Assembly (NCBI GenBank): GCA_027320085.1
Contig: DAHVLZ010000037.1
Coordinates: 1 to 64,000 of the forward strand
Direction: 5' to 3'
From: Pseudomonadota bacterium
GTDB taxonomy: Bacteria > Pseudomonadota > Gammaproteobacteria > JAKAQQ01
DNA: 64,000 nt
Numbering within the stretch: position 1 is the stretch's first letter; each line of letters opens with the position of its first letter. Below are positions 45,573 through 55,948 of this stretch, one piece after another. The translations under genes and the position numbers were made by a program. Under the pieces are notes generated by a model that worked only from the letters and a program-made list of their open reading frames with translations, was not told the DNA's origin and made no database searches.

Positions 45573-45588
45573 TGTGTGTTCTTGTCCG

Positions 45589-48078
45589 ATGAGGTGGTGG
45601 CAGCTCTTCCGGCTGGGAGAGATCCCCTTTCTTTTGGGTGTGATCCTGGTTACGACCGCGTTGTCTTCGGTCACTCTGCTTGAGGGACGATTCCAGCAGA
45701 CACTCATCCGACGAACTGAGGCGACATTCGGCGGTGCCGTCCGTCTCGAGCGGAGTGCACCCTTTCCTGCTGCGTTTCTCAAGAGCCTGCGCAGCCCCTT
45801 ACTGAAAAAAACCCGTCTGGTTCGTTTCCCGACGGTGGTCGTGCATGGAAGGGCGACCCATTTGGTCGAGCTCAATGCCGTAGGATCGAATTACCCGGTT
45901 GTGGGTACGGTCGCCCTGCGAAGATCCAGATCCGGAAGGTCAACCTACTTACGACGCGGGCCTGTGTCCGGTCACGTCTGGGCCACCCCTGAGCTTCTGG
46001 ATGCGCTCAAAGCGAAGGTGGGTTCACGGATCACGATCGGATATGCCTCATTCAGGATCACGGGGCTTTTCAACCTGGCGCCGGCCATCTCCTCCGGTCT
46101 GTCCCTGTTTGCCCCACCGCTCATCCTGAACGGAGTCGATCTCGGTCGCACCCGACTGGCCGGAACCGAGAGCCGGATTGAGGATTTCCTGCTGGTAGCA
46201 GGCCCTGCGTCCATCCTGGGCCGGCTCGAAAAGAAGGTTCGGTCCTGGTATCCCGCGCTGGATGTCCGCATCATGACCGCGCAAAAAACCCGTTCCCGGA
46301 CCGAGGGGGCTATCGGGCGCGCCGAGCGTTTCCTCAATCTCACGATCACGGGAACGCTGCTTCTGGCATTCCTCGCTCTGTTGCTCAGTGCGTGGGATCA
46401 GGCCCGTCTCGAACGCCCGGAGGTTGCCCTGCTCCGGGCTTGGGGACTCAGGCGAGGACCGCTCCTCCGGCATCTGATCGCGCGTCGACTTCGTCAAGTG
46501 GGGGCCGGTCTTGCTCTCGGTTCAGGGCTTGGCTTTGGGTTGTACCGCCTGATTGCCGCGCTGACCACTGTCCTCGATCCAGCCGGGGGACTGACGCCTC
46601 ATTCGCCTTGGCCGGGGCTCGCCCGCAGCGTGGCGACGGCTGGGCTCCTATCCCTTGCGAGTCTGGCCCCCTCCTGGCTTTGGATCCTCGAGACTTCCCC
46701 ACTCGAGAATTTTCGTCCGGTGTCCTCTACCAACTCCACTTCGATTTGGCGCACGACTCTCTGGGCGGGGCTCGCCATCATCGTGTCATATGGCGTCTGG
46801 ACGATCCTGGGTGGCGGTGCCAGCATTCGCTATACCGCAAGCGCCCTCGCCGTGCTTATTGGAACCACCCTCATCGCCTTTCTCTTGTTCGCTGGTCTTC
46901 GCCGTCTCGCCTTTCGGGGGCGAGCCGATCTCGGCTGGGTGATTGCGAGCCTCAATCGTCGCTCCGTGCTCCTTTCCTTCACGCTGGGTTCCTTGACCCT
47001 CGTGGTCTGCCTTATCACATTTCTCTTGGGCGCCCGTACAAGCCTTTTTGCCGGATACCAGGAGATGTTCAGTGCAAAAACACCCAATTGGTTCATCATC
47101 GGCATCGAGCCTGGTGAACAACCCGGCCTTGCCGCACTTCTGACTCGCCATCATCTCAAGCCGGCTCCATTTGCGCCGCTCTACATCGCGCGCTGGGTTG
47201 CGCTCAACGGAAAGACGCTGGAACCGTCCCTGATCACCAATCCCCGCGAACGCTTTTGGGCGCTCCATGACCAAAGTGTGAGTGCCACGCCGCTCTTGCC
47301 GGTTGGGGATCGGATTGTGGCTGGGCGTTTCTGGAGAAGTGACAGCGACCGGCGCGAGGCATCGCTGGTTCGAGGTTTTGCCCGCGCGAGCGGAATCGGC
47401 ATGGGTGACCAGCTGACCTACCGCATTGCGGGGCGAGAGTTTACCGTACGGGTGACAAGCCTCCGGCACGTGCGTTGGGATCGCATGACGCCCAACTTCT
47501 TCGTTGAAGTCACTCCGCGCGTGGTGGTTGATCTCCCCCACACCGAAATCACCTCGCTCCGGGCGCCCTCAGCGGCTAGAGGCTGGTTGGTCCGCCTGCC
47601 GCGGCACTTTCCGGGAGTGTCTACGGTCGATCTTGACCAAATCATTCGAGAGCTGAGACGGGTGTTAACCCAGGCCTCGGAAGCGGTATCGGTCCTGCTC
47701 GCGACAACATTGGTTGCTGCTTTGCTGCTCGCCTACTTGGTCGTGGCTGTGACACGCGAGGAGCGTGCCCGTGAACTGACCTTGTTTCGTACCCTGGGCG
47801 TTCGCCGGAGACGGGTTCGAACCTGGCTCCTCCTTGAGTTTGGGCTGCTCGGGCTGATCTCGGGGATTCTGGGATCAGGCGCGGCCGGATTGCTCGGTGC
47901 CTTCGAAGCCCGGAGTCTCTTGCATCTGCGTTTCCATCCCGACTGGCGGGTCCTGGGGCTGGCCCCCGTTGTGACCACGGGACTCACGCTCATGCTGGGT
48001 CTCCTCGCCATGGCCCCGGCTCTCTGGAGAGCCCGCAAACGCTACTGGCGTGCTTTGCGTGCCTTCCAGGAGTTCTAA
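45589..48078 (+). CDS. ybbP: ABC transporter permease (YbbP/MacB-FtsX family, duplicated)
   Basis: Two FtsX-like halves; YP..G, AERFL.L, PNWF.I.I, VTSLR.VRW..M.PNFF, FP.VS..D, RTLG. Confidence 0.85.
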   Translation: MRWWQLFRLGEIPFLLGVILVTTALSSVTLLEGRFQQTLIRRTEATFGGAVRLERSAPFPAAFLKSLRSPLLKKTRLVRFPTVVVHGRATHLVELNAVGSNYPVVGTVALRRSRSGRSTYLRRGPVSGHVWATPELLDALKAKVGSRITIGYASFRITGLFNLAPAISSGLSLFAPPLILNGVDLGRTRLAGTESRIEDFLLVAGPASILGRLEKKVRSWYPALDVRIMTAQKTRSRTEGAIGRAERFLNLTITGTLLLAFLALLLSAWDQARLERPEVALLRAWGLRRGPLLRHLIARRLRQVGAGLALGSGLGFGLYRLIAALTTVLDPAGGLTPHSPWPGLARSVATAGLLSLASLAPSWLWILETSPLENFRPVSSTNSTSIWRTTLWAGLAIIVSYGVWTILGGGASIRYTASALAVLIGTTLIAFLLFAGLRRLAFRGRADLGWVIASLNRRSVLLSFTLGSLTLVVCLITFLLGARTSLFAGYQEMFSAKTPNWFIIGIEPGEQPGLAALLTRHHLKPAPFAPLYIARWVALNGKTLEPSLITNPRERFWALHDQSVSATPLLPVGDRIVAGRFWRSDSDRREASLVRGFARASGIGMGDQLTYRIAGREFTVRVTSLRHVRWDRMTPNFFVEVTPRVVVDLPHTEITSLRAPSAARGWLVRLPRHFPGVSTVDLDQIIRELRRVLTQASEAVSVLLATTLVAALLLAYLVVAVTREERARELTLFRTLGVRRRRVRTWLLLEFGLLGLISGILGSGAAGLLGAFEARSLLHLRFHPDWRVLGLAPVVTTGLTLMLGLLAMAPALWRARKRYWRALRAFQEF

Positions 48079-48166
48079 TCCGGGAGCCCCCTTTCCTAGG
48101 CTGGGGCCCTAGGCCCGGGCTGAGGGTACCCGGGCCCGACAATAGGGGGCAATTCGCTACGGGTAC

Positions 48167-48811
48167 CTACTGGAAAAAGTAGTAGGTGACGCCGAGCGCG
48201 AACTGGTTACCGTAGTTATTGGTGCCGACAGTGATGGCAACATCACCGCTCAGGTGTTTGAGGAAATAGTACTGTGCCTCTCCGGTTACGGTGGCCGCTG
48301 AAGAGAAAGGACAGTCGGTGCAGCTACCGAAGGTATTGATGCCGAGCAGGCCGTCAATTTCGAGCCGCCGGACCGGGGGATGCCAGCGTACGCCACCTGC
48401 AACCTCGAATCCGCTCGTGCTGCTGGAACCGCTGGCACAGCCGAATGGCCCACAGACCGACACGTCAAACTCGTCATGGAGGAAAAGGGCCTCGGCGATG
48501 AAATCCAGAGGTTGCCGGGTCGGCAGCCGGGTATGAAATCCCACGCCCAGGTCCAGGTTGTTGGCGCTCACGCCTCCACCGTAGCCCAGGTATTCGTAGC
48601 CGGCCAGGAAGTTGAAGTGGGGGTTGAAGTTATAGGAGCCATAAAGGTCGATTCCGTTGCCGCTGGAACCACCATTCGGGGAATAGGACGCGAAGCCGCC
48701 GCCGATGTATGTGTATTGGAAACTCTGGGCCAAGCCCGGAGCGGCCCAGAAAACCAAGGCTGCCAAGGTCAATCCTGTGGCCAGAAAGGATCTGGTAAAT
48801 GCCTTTTTCAT
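48167..48811 (-). CDS. Outer-membrane beta-barrel protein
   Basis: Signal peptide (..APGLA|Q), alternating aromatic beta strands, C-terminal LGVTYYFFQ. Confidence 0.8.
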   Translation of the reverse strand: MKKAFTRSFLATGLTLAALVFWAAPGLAQSFQYTYIGGGFASYSPNGGSSGNGIDLYGSYNFNPHFNFLAGYEYLGYGGGVSANNLDLGVGFHTRLPTRQPLDFIAEALFLHDEFDVSVCGPFGCASGSSSTSGFEVAGGVRWHPPVRRLEIDGLLGINTFGSCTDCPFSSAATVTGEAQYYFLKHLSGDVAITVGTNNYGNQFALGVTYYFFQ

Positions 48812-48951
48812 GTTCGTGATTCCTCAAGTGGAAAGTTAAAAGAGACTCTTCGTAGGAGGGCTGGTTTCCCAAGCTTTTTGGCCCTACTTTATCCCGCGCC
48901 AAGGGTATTCTAGCTACGATCCGGCGTCAAGAACCCCGCCTCCGTTGTACC

Positions 48952-49638
48952 ATGGAAACTTGGTGGGGGTGGGTTGTGCGTTCAAGGCTACTGTTCTTCG
49001 TGGTGATCGGTGTGGGACTTTTGGGTTCTCTCCCCTGTGCCTCAGCGCAGGCGATCGGGGCGGGCCTCGACTTCCAAGACAGCCATGCGGTCTTCGATGT
49101 CGGTGGAAACCATTACGCCACCCATTACATCGAAACTGGGCTTACCTTCCGGCAATGGCTGGTCCCTTCCCTCTTCAACCTGGGATTGCGGGGTGGCTAT
49201 CTCAGTGTGACCCAGGACTCCAATCCGGTCGTAAGCGGGGCCAATATCGGGGGCGAATACATCGGGCTGGACGCCAGCTTCCGCTACAACTGGATTCCCT
49301 GGATTGGTTTCCGGGCCTATGCCAGCGAAACCTACCACCATAGTTCGACGACCACGAAAATCGGTGTGAATCACATTGACTGGTACGGTTTCCACGCACG
49401 AGCCGGTGCCGACCTCCATTTCGGGATCGTGGGTATTGGCGCTGGGGCTTTCTACCGCCGCGCCACCGGTCATGAGCCAATGCCGGCATCACAACCAGAA
49501 ACCGTGGCCTTGTTCGAAAATGAAACTGGACCGTACGCAAGCGTGACCCTCTATCCAGTTGTCGGGGGCAGCGTGACGCTTTTGGGCGAGGGCGGGCGGT
49601 GGCACACCTACCTTCTGACGTTCCGGTATGGCTTCTGA
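48952..49638 (+). CDS. Putative outer-membrane beta-barrel protein
   Basis: Signal-like N-terminus (..ASA|Q), amphipathic beta strands, terminal LTFRYGF beta-signal. Confidence 0.72.
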   Translation: METWWGWVVRSRLLFFVVIGVGLLGSLPCASAQAIGAGLDFQDSHAVFDVGGNHYATHYIETGLTFRQWLVPSLFNLGLRGGYLSVTQDSNPVVSGANIGGEYIGLDASFRYNWIPWIGFRAYASETYHHSSTTTKIGVNHIDWYGFHARAGADLHFGIVGIGAGAFYRRATGHEPMPASQPETVALFENETGPYASVTLYPVVGGSVTLLGEGGRWHTYLLTFRYGF

Positions 49639-50491
49639 GACTCCTTCCCCGGCCCGAGGCACCTTGGGGCAGTCGACCACCTTCCTCCGCTTGGAAAATC
49701 GGCTGCGCCGCCAAGTCGGGCAAGCTATCGCCGATTACTCAATGATCCGGGCGGGCGACCGGGTCCTGGTCGCAGTCTCGGGAGGCAAAGATTCCTACAC
49801 ACTGCTCACCCTCCTCCGCCAGCTCAAGCGTCGTGCGCCGCTGGACTTCGTGCTCAGGGCTGTCCACCTGGATCAGAGGCAGCCCGGGTTTCCGACTGAA
49901 ATCATCCGTCGCTACCTTGAGGAGGAGGCCATCCCACATGACATCATTACCCAGGACACTTACGGAGTCGTAGCCCGCGTGATTCCGGAGGGACAGAACC
50001 GCTGTGGCCTGTGCTCACGCCTCCGGCGGGGTGCGCTCTACCGCTGGGCTCGTGAGAAGGGTTATAACGTTCTAGCGCTAGGGCACCACCAAGACGATAT
50101 CCTTGAAACCTTCCTGCTCAACCTCTTCCATGGGGGGCGTCTGGCTGCCATGCCGCCCAAGCTTCTGTCCGATGACGGCCAGATTCTCGTGATCCGCCCA
50201 CTCGCGTACTGTACCGAGTCGGATATTGCCCGTTACGCCCGAGCAAGCCGATTCCCCATCGTTCCCTGCAAGGTCTGCGGTAGCCAGGACCGGCTCGAGC
50301 GGCAAGCGCTCAAACAACTCCTCGCCTGCTGGAGACGAGAGCATCCGGAGCGTGTGGCCTCGATCGGGACCGCCCTTGGGCGGATCGTGCCCTCCCATCT
50401 CCTCGACCGGGATCTCTGGGACTTTGCCGGGCTTGGGGCCTCTCTGCCGGCCCCATCAAGCACGGAACTGGCCGAAACCGGAACCCGATGA
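49628..50491 (+). CDS. ttcA: tRNA 2-thiocytidine(32) synthetase
   Basis: SGGKDSY PP-loop, LDQRQPGFP, CGLCSRLRRG, GHHQDD, MPPKL, CKVCGSQ. Confidence 0.95.
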   Translation: MASETPSPARGTLGQSTTFLRLENRLRRQVGQAIADYSMIRAGDRVLVAVSGGKDSYTLLTLLRQLKRRAPLDFVLRAVHLDQRQPGFPTEIIRRYLEEEAIPHDIITQDTYGVVARVIPEGQNRCGLCSRLRRGALYRWAREKGYNVLALGHHQDDILETFLLNLFHGGRLAAMPPKLLSDDGQILVIRPLAYCTESDIARYARASRFPIVPCKVCGSQDRLERQALKQLLACWRREHPERVASIGTALGRIVPSHLLDRDLWDFAGLGASLPAPSSTELAETGTR

Positions 50492-50850
50492 AAACTTCGC
50501 TCTACAAGGTTTTCCGGCTGGAGTGCGCCCACTACCTGCCGGCCGTTCCGGAAGGACATCCCTGTGCGCGGATGCATGGGCATTCCTTCACGGTCACGCT
50601 CCATCTCCGGGGCGAGGTCGACCCACAAACCGGCTGGATTCTGGATTTCGGGCGAGTACGGGAGCATTTCGAGCCGCTTCGCATCCTTCTCGACCATCAC
50701 ACCCTGAACGAGATCCCGGGCCTTGAGAACCCGACCTCCGAGCATCTCGCCCGTTTTGTCTACCTCCGCCTAAAACCCGATTTGCCGGAGCTTTACCGGG
50801 TAGATGTCGGGGAGACCAGCACGGCCGGGGCACGGGTCGAGGATGACTGA
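50488..50850 (+). CDS. queD: 6-carboxytetrahydropterin synthase
   Basis: AH.LP.VPEGHPC.RMHGHSF, DF, LDH..LNEIPGLENPTSE, ET. Confidence 0.95.
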   Translation: MKTSLYKVFRLECAHYLPAVPEGHPCARMHGHSFTVTLHLRGEVDPQTGWILDFGRVREHFEPLRILLDHHTLNEIPGLENPTSEHLARFVYLRLKPDLPELYRVDVGETSTAGARVEDD

Positions 50851-50934
50851 TGGCGAACGGTCGGATCCGAGCCGGCTGCGCTAGAATGACCTTGGCCGGT
50901 ATTGTGAACCGAGCGTGATTCTTCGGAGGGTGCG

Positions 50935-51516
50935 ATGACCAGACGACACATCAGGGCTTTTACGACGGCGGGCCTCCTGCTCATGGCTTTGGGGCCGGCA
51001 GCAGAGGCACTCACGATTCATTCCGTCCATGTGCCCGAGACGCTCACGCTCCATGGAGCCAAACTTCGGTTGAACGGTGCCGGGGTCCGCAATTACACGC
51101 TCATCTTCAGTTTCGGGGTCTATGTGGGGGCGCTCTACCTTGAGCATCCCACCCACCAGACAAGCCATGCGCTTGCCGAAAAGGGCCCCGACCGCGTCGC
51201 CATGTATTTCCTCCGTGGTGTGAGCCGCAGTGAACTCCGGTCGGCTTGGCGGAAGGGATTCCGGCGTAACAACTCAAGCTCGGTCCAGTCCCGACTGGCT
51301 CATGAAATTGCCTCCTTCATCGCAGTCTGGAAGCCGCTGCACGATCACGATCGAGTCTTTCTCGATTATGCTCCGGCGTCAGGAACGACAGTCTCCGTCA
51401 ACGGAACCCTCATCGGGCATTTTCCCGGACGGCGGTTTCATGAAGCGCTGCTCCGGATCTGGCTCGGACCGCGTCCACCGACCCATGATCTCAAGCACCG
51501 GATGCTTGGTCGCTAA
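50935..51516 (+). CDS. Chalcone isomerase-like periplasmic protein
   Basis: Signal peptide; LRLNGAGVR, VYVGALYL, F..ALLRIWLG..P, LK..MLG. Confidence 0.85.
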   Translation: MTRRHIRAFTTAGLLLMALGPAAEALTIHSVHVPETLTLHGAKLRLNGAGVRNYTLIFSFGVYVGALYLEHPTHQTSHALAEKGPDRVAMYFLRGVSRSELRSAWRKGFRRNNSSSVQSRLAHEIASFIAVWKPLHDHDRVFLDYAPASGTTVSVNGTLIGHFPGRRFHEALLRIWLGPRPPTHDLKHRMLGR

Positions 51517-52340
51517 CGGGTCCCGCTGTCCGTGGGATCCTCGAGGGGCTCGGGGATGGCCGCAGGATCAGCGAAAGCGACGAAGAAGGGATTCTTGAGT
51601 GAGGGCTTCTGGTTATAGGCAAGGGGTTCGCTCGCAAGCGTCGTCACCTGGCCGCCAGAGGCGGCCAGAAGGCAGTGCCCCGCTGCTGTATCCCACTCAC
51701 AGGTCGGTCCCAGCCGGATGTAGAGGTCGGCTGCACCGGACGCGATACGCGCAAACTTGAGTGAACTGCCAAGGCCGAGCCGTTCATGAGGACCGAGGCG
51801 TGAAAGGAATTTTTCCAACCGGGCATCACTGTGCGAGCGGCTCGCGAGCACCCGGAGCGGGTGAGCTGCGGGACGCGTGCCGTTAAGCCGGTGCCAGGGA
51901 TTGTGACTGCAGGAGGCAAAAGCCCCGACCGTTGCGATTCCGAAATAACTCTCGCCAAGCGCGGGGGCATGAATCACGCCGAGAACCGGTTCACCTTGGT
52001 CGATGAGTGCGACATTGACCGTGAACTCGCCATTGCGTTTGACAAACTCGCGTGTCCCATCCAACGGATCGATGAGCCAGTACCGTTCCCAGGTTTGTCG
52101 TACTGCCCAAGGGGGTTCGGTGCCCTCCTCGGACAGAATCGGGAGTGAGGGTTTGAGTTTGCCGAGTCCCTCGACGAGAACGGCATGAGCCTTGAGGTCA
52201 GCTGCGGTTAGCGGGCTCTGGTCGCCCTTTCTTTCGATCGAGAAATCATTGCGGTAAACCCCCATGATCTCGTCTCCTGCGGCAAAGGCCAGGCGCAGGA
52301 CGTCCGGATAAAGGGCGACGGCGAGATCGGTGGTATGCAT
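51513..52340 (-). CDS. cysQ: 3'(2'),5'-bisphosphate nucleotidase
   Basis: SPLTAAD, LSEE, WLIDPLDGTREF, EFTVNVALI, SRSH, GSSLKF, EWDTAAG. Confidence 0.95.
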   Translation of the reverse strand: MHTTDLAVALYPDVLRLAFAAGDEIMGVYRNDFSIERKGDQSPLTAADLKAHAVLVEGLGKLKPSLPILSEEGTEPPWAVRQTWERYWLIDPLDGTREFVKRNGEFTVNVALIDQGEPVLGVIHAPALGESYFGIATVGAFASCSHNPWHRLNGTRPAAHPLRVLASRSHSDARLEKFLSRLGPHERLGLGSSLKFARIASGAADLYIRLGPTCEWDTAAGHCLLAASGGQVTTLASEPLAYNQKPSLKNPFFVAFADPAAIPEPLEDPTDSGTR

Positions 52341-52428
52341 GGGCCTTGGAGCCTAGCACAACTCCGGATCCGGATCCGGGGCGGTGTGTTTCCGGTATCA
52401 TGAGGGCCCAAAAGGAGGGAAAACTAGC

Positions 52429-53583
52429 ATGTCTCCGGAAGATTTTTGCGGGATTGGCTCGGAACTCGCGGAGGAAGATCGTCTCGTGCAGTCAGTGGTG
52501 GCGCGTTTCGTCGATGAACGGGCACTGCCACTTCTGCCCAGGGCCTTCGAGGAAGGCTTTTTCCCGATGGAGCTCATCCCCGAGATAGGATCACTCGGCA
52601 TTCTCGGAAGTTCCATCCACGGCTACGGTTGCCCCGGGCTCGGTGCCTTGGCCTATGGCGTGATTTGCGAGGAACTGGAGCGTGGGGACAGCGGATTGCG
52701 GAGTTTTGTCTCGGTCCAGTCGAGTCTTGTCATGTACCCGATTGCGACCTATGGGACAGAAGAGCAGAAAGCCCATTGGCTGCCGAAACTGGCACGCGCC
52801 GAAGCCATAGGTTGCTTTGGCCTGACCGAGGCACACGGGGGGTCGGATCCTGCTGCCCTGCAGACCCGGGCCCGTCTGGATGGCGGGGACTGGATTCTCT
52901 CGGGCTCAAAGATGTGGATCACGAACGGAACATTGGCCGACCTTGCCGTGGTCTGGGCACAGACGGACCAAGGCATCCGAGGTTTTCTCGTGGAAAAGGG
53001 CATGCCGGGATTCCGCGCGCAGGCCATCCACCACAAGCTTTCCCTCCGCGCTTCGGATACCGCTGCCCTGTTTTTCGACAATGTGGCCGTTCCCGAACAA
53101 AACCGGCTGCCGGGAGCCCAGAGTCTCAAGGCTCCCCTGTCATGCCTGACCCAGGCCCGTTACGGGATCGCCTGGGGTGCGCTCGGTGCGGCACGTTCCT
53201 GCCTGTCCACGGTTCTCGAGTACACCCGCACCCGTGAACTCTTTGGACGGCCCCTGGCCGCCACGCAGACGGTCCAGCTGCGGATTGCCGAGATGGTTCG
53301 CACGCTTACCTTGGCCCGGCTCCTAGCTTTCCGCCTGGGCCAACTCAAGGACCGAGGGAAACTCGATCCGGCGCAAGTCTCGCTTGCCAAGTGGAACAAC
53401 GTCCGAATGGCGCTAGAGATTGCCCGGGAAGCACGGGATCTTTTGGGTGGAGCCGGGATCACGACGGAGTTTCCTCCGCTTCGTCATGCCCTCAACCTCG
53501 AAAGCGTTGTGACCTACGAGGGAACCGAGACCATCCACGAACTGGTTGTGGGCAAGGCGGTAACGGGATTCGATGCATTCTGA
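52429..53583 (+). CDS. Acyl-CoA dehydrogenase (glutaryl-CoA dehydrogenase-like)
   Basis: ELERGDSGLRSFVSVQSSL, GCFGLTE..GGSDP, KMWITNG, ARYGIAWG, LGGAGI, TYEGT; AAGGAGG RBS. Confidence 0.9.
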   Translation: MSPEDFCGIGSELAEEDRLVQSVVARFVDERALPLLPRAFEEGFFPMELIPEIGSLGILGSSIHGYGCPGLGALAYGVICEELERGDSGLRSFVSVQSSLVMYPIATYGTEEQKAHWLPKLARAEAIGCFGLTEAHGGSDPAALQTRARLDGGDWILSGSKMWITNGTLADLAVVWAQTDQGIRGFLVEKGMPGFRAQAIHHKLSLRASDTAALFFDNVAVPEQNRLPGAQSLKAPLSCLTQARYGIAWGALGAARSCLSTVLEYTRTRELFGRPLAATQTVQLRIAEMVRTLTLARLLAFRLGQLKDRGKLDPAQVSLAKWNNVRMALEIAREARDLLGGAGITTEFPPLRHALNLESVVTYEGTETIHELVVGKAVTGFDAF

Positions 53584-55948
53584 ATCAACAACGCAGGGTC
53601 CTCGCCTTGCTAGACAGGCCCAGCGCAGCATCAATCGGGCTGAAATCCTTGATGCCAAGACCCGAGCGGCTCTGTTCGCCCTGGGTGAAACGGCGACACC
53701 TCCTCCGGCACAGGAATCCGGGAGAGTGCTTGAGGAGACGGGAGGGCTTTCCATTCGCGATCTCTGGCAGCTCTTCGAATCCCAACTCCTCTCGCGCCAC
53801 CTTGATCTTGTGGCGCGTCTGCTGCGGGCACGGGGCCAGGGTTTTTACACGATCGGCAGCAGTGGGCACGAGGCTAATGTGGTCTGGGGGCGACTGCTTC
53901 GTCTCACGGATCCTGTTTTTTTGCATTACCGGAGTGGTGCCTTCATGCTGGAGCGGGCCCGGCATCAGCCAGGCATCGATATGGTTCATGCCATCGCACT
54001 CTCGCTCACGGCAAGCCGGGATGATCCGATCGCCCAGGGACGGCACAAGGTGTTCGGGCACCCCGATCTTTTGGTTCCGCCACAGACCAGCACGATCGCG
54101 AGTCATGTGCCCAAGGCTTTTGGCACGGCGGCACTTCTGGAATTGGCGCGCCGGCTTGAGGCCGGGAAATGGCCCCGGGATGGTCTCGTCTTCGTGAGCT
54201 TCGGCGATGCGAGCGCCAACCATTCGACAGCGCTTGGTGCTCTCAACGCGGCCGCTCAAACCGCCTGGCAGGGGCTTGCTTGTCCGCTTTTCTGCTTGTG
54301 CGAGGATAACGGACTTGGGATCTCAGTCCGTACGCCCTCCGGCTGGATCGAATCCAATTACCGTGACCGCTCTGGGCTCCGTTACTACTCGGCCGATGGA
54401 AGCGATCTCTTTGAGGTTTGGCGGAAGGCTCGGGAGGCCCTCGAGTTTTGCCGTACGAGGCAGGCACCGGTTTTCTTCCATCTCCGGGTGGTCCGTCTGC
54501 TCGGTCATGCGGGAACCGATGCCGAAAGTGAGTACCGGTCGGTTGGGGAGATCGAGGCAGATGAGGCACGAGACCCCATTCTCAAAACAGCCAACCTGCT
54601 TCATCGGAACGGTCTGGCCTCTGGGACGGCACTCTTGACTGCCTACGAGAAGGCCCGCACCCGGGTAGAGCAGGCGGCGGAACGCGCCATCCAGACCCTG
54701 CGGCTTTCGGATACCGAGGAGGTCATGAAACCCCTTGCGCCCTTCTCGCCTGTAGCCGTCGCTACTGAAGCAACCCGGATCCATCGGGAGACAGTGGATA
54801 CTGGACAGCCCACCGCGGGGGAGCACCTCCACCTCTCAATCGCAATCAATCGCGCACTCGCCGAATCCCTCGACCGATATCCTGGTTTGGTCCTTTTCGG
54901 TGAGGACGTTGCTCAGAAGGGAGGCGTCTATACCGTCACATCGGGGCTCCACCGTCGTTACGGGGCGCGGCGCGTGTTCAATACGCTTCTAGACGAACAA
55001 ACCATCTTGGGACTGGCCCAGGGTGGCGCATTCCTCGGGCTCCTGCCGGTTGCCGAAATCCAATACTTGGCCTATTTTCACAACGCTGAGGACCAGATTC
55101 GAGGGGAGGCCTGCTCTCTCCAGTTTTTCTCCTCGGACCAGTACCGTAATGGCTTCGTGGTTCGTATTCCCGGGCTGGCCTACCAGAAGGGATTCGGTGG
55201 GCATTTCCACAATGACAACAGCTGGAGCATTTTTCGCGATATCCCGGGACTCATCGTGGTCTGTCCGGCTCGGGCAGATGACGCCGTCGGGCTGCTCCGG
55301 ACCGCCCTCGCCCTTGCTCATGTCGATGGGCGCATCGTGGTGTACCTCGAACCCATCGCACTCTACATGACCAAAGACCTCCATAAAGCCGGAGACCGGC
55401 TCTGGCTTGCACCCTTTCCAGAACGGGGAGCGGCTGTACCTTTCGGTGAGCCCCGCTGGTATGGGCCCCGGGAAGATCTAGATCTTCTCATCGTGACCTA
55501 CGGTAACGGCGTCTACTTGAGTCTGAGGGCCGTACATGCCACCGAAACCCAGAAACGGGTCGGGGTTCTTGACCTGCGCTGGCTCAAGCCACTTAACCAC
55601 GAGGCCCTCGTCGCTGCCTTCGGACAGGCTCGACAAGTCCTGGTTGTCGATGAGGGGCGCCGAACTGGGAGTGTTTCCGAGGAAATTGTGACGCTTTTGG
55701 GAGAATGCGCACCCAAACTTCCCTTCCGGCGGCTTGTGTCCGAGGATTGCTACATTCCACTCGGTCCGGCGGCCGATGCAGTTTTGCTCACGGAGGAGGA
55801 AATCCGCGAAGCCGTAAATGACCTTCTTGCGCAGGATTCGTCCCGCTCAGAGCGGTCAGACGTGGGGGAGGGATTCAGGGACGACGCGGAGGGAAAATCC
55901 ACCACAGTGCGACCACATAGATCCAGACCGCGGCGTAGATCAGGGTAA
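53573..55948 (+). CDS. Fused E1 alpha/beta 2-oxoacid dehydrogenase (ThDP-dependent)
   Basis: GFYTIGSSGHE, HYRS, FGDAS.N..., EDNG, GEDV..KGGVY, RVFNTLLDE, EIQYLAY, FGGHFHN, LDLRWL.PL. Confidence 0.9.
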   Translation: MHSESTTQGPRLARQAQRSINRAEILDAKTRAALFALGETATPPPAQESGRVLEETGGLSIRDLWQLFESQLLSRHLDLVARLLRARGQGFYTIGSSGHEANVVWGRLLRLTDPVFLHYRSGAFMLERARHQPGIDMVHAIALSLTASRDDPIAQGRHKVFGHPDLLVPPQTSTIASHVPKAFGTAALLELARRLEAGKWPRDGLVFVSFGDASANHSTALGALNAAAQTAWQGLACPLFCLCEDNGLGISVRTPSGWIESNYRDRSGLRYYSADGSDLFEVWRKAREALEFCRTRQAPVFFHLRVVRLLGHAGTDAESEYRSVGEIEADEARDPILKTANLLHRNGLASGTALLTAYEKARTRVEQAAERAIQTLRLSDTEEVMKPLAPFSPVAVATEATRIHRETVDTGQPTAGEHLHLSIAINRALAESLDRYPGLVLFGEDVAQKGGVYTVTSGLHRRYGARRVFNTLLDEQTILGLAQGGAFLGLLPVAEIQYLAYFHNAEDQIRGEACSLQFFSSDQYRNGFVVRIPGLAYQKGFGGHFHNDNSWSIFRDIPGLIVVCPARADDAVGLLRTALALAHVDGRIVVYLEPIALYMTKDLHKAGDRLWLAPFPERGAAVPFGEPRWYGPREDLDLLIVTYGNGVYLSLRAVHATETQKRVGVLDLRWLKPLNHEALVAAFGQARQVLVVDEGRRTGSVSEEIVTLLGECAPKLPFRRLVSEDCYIPLGPAADAVLLTEEEIREAVNDLLAQDSSRSERSDVGEGFRDDAEGKSTTVRPHRSRPRRRSG

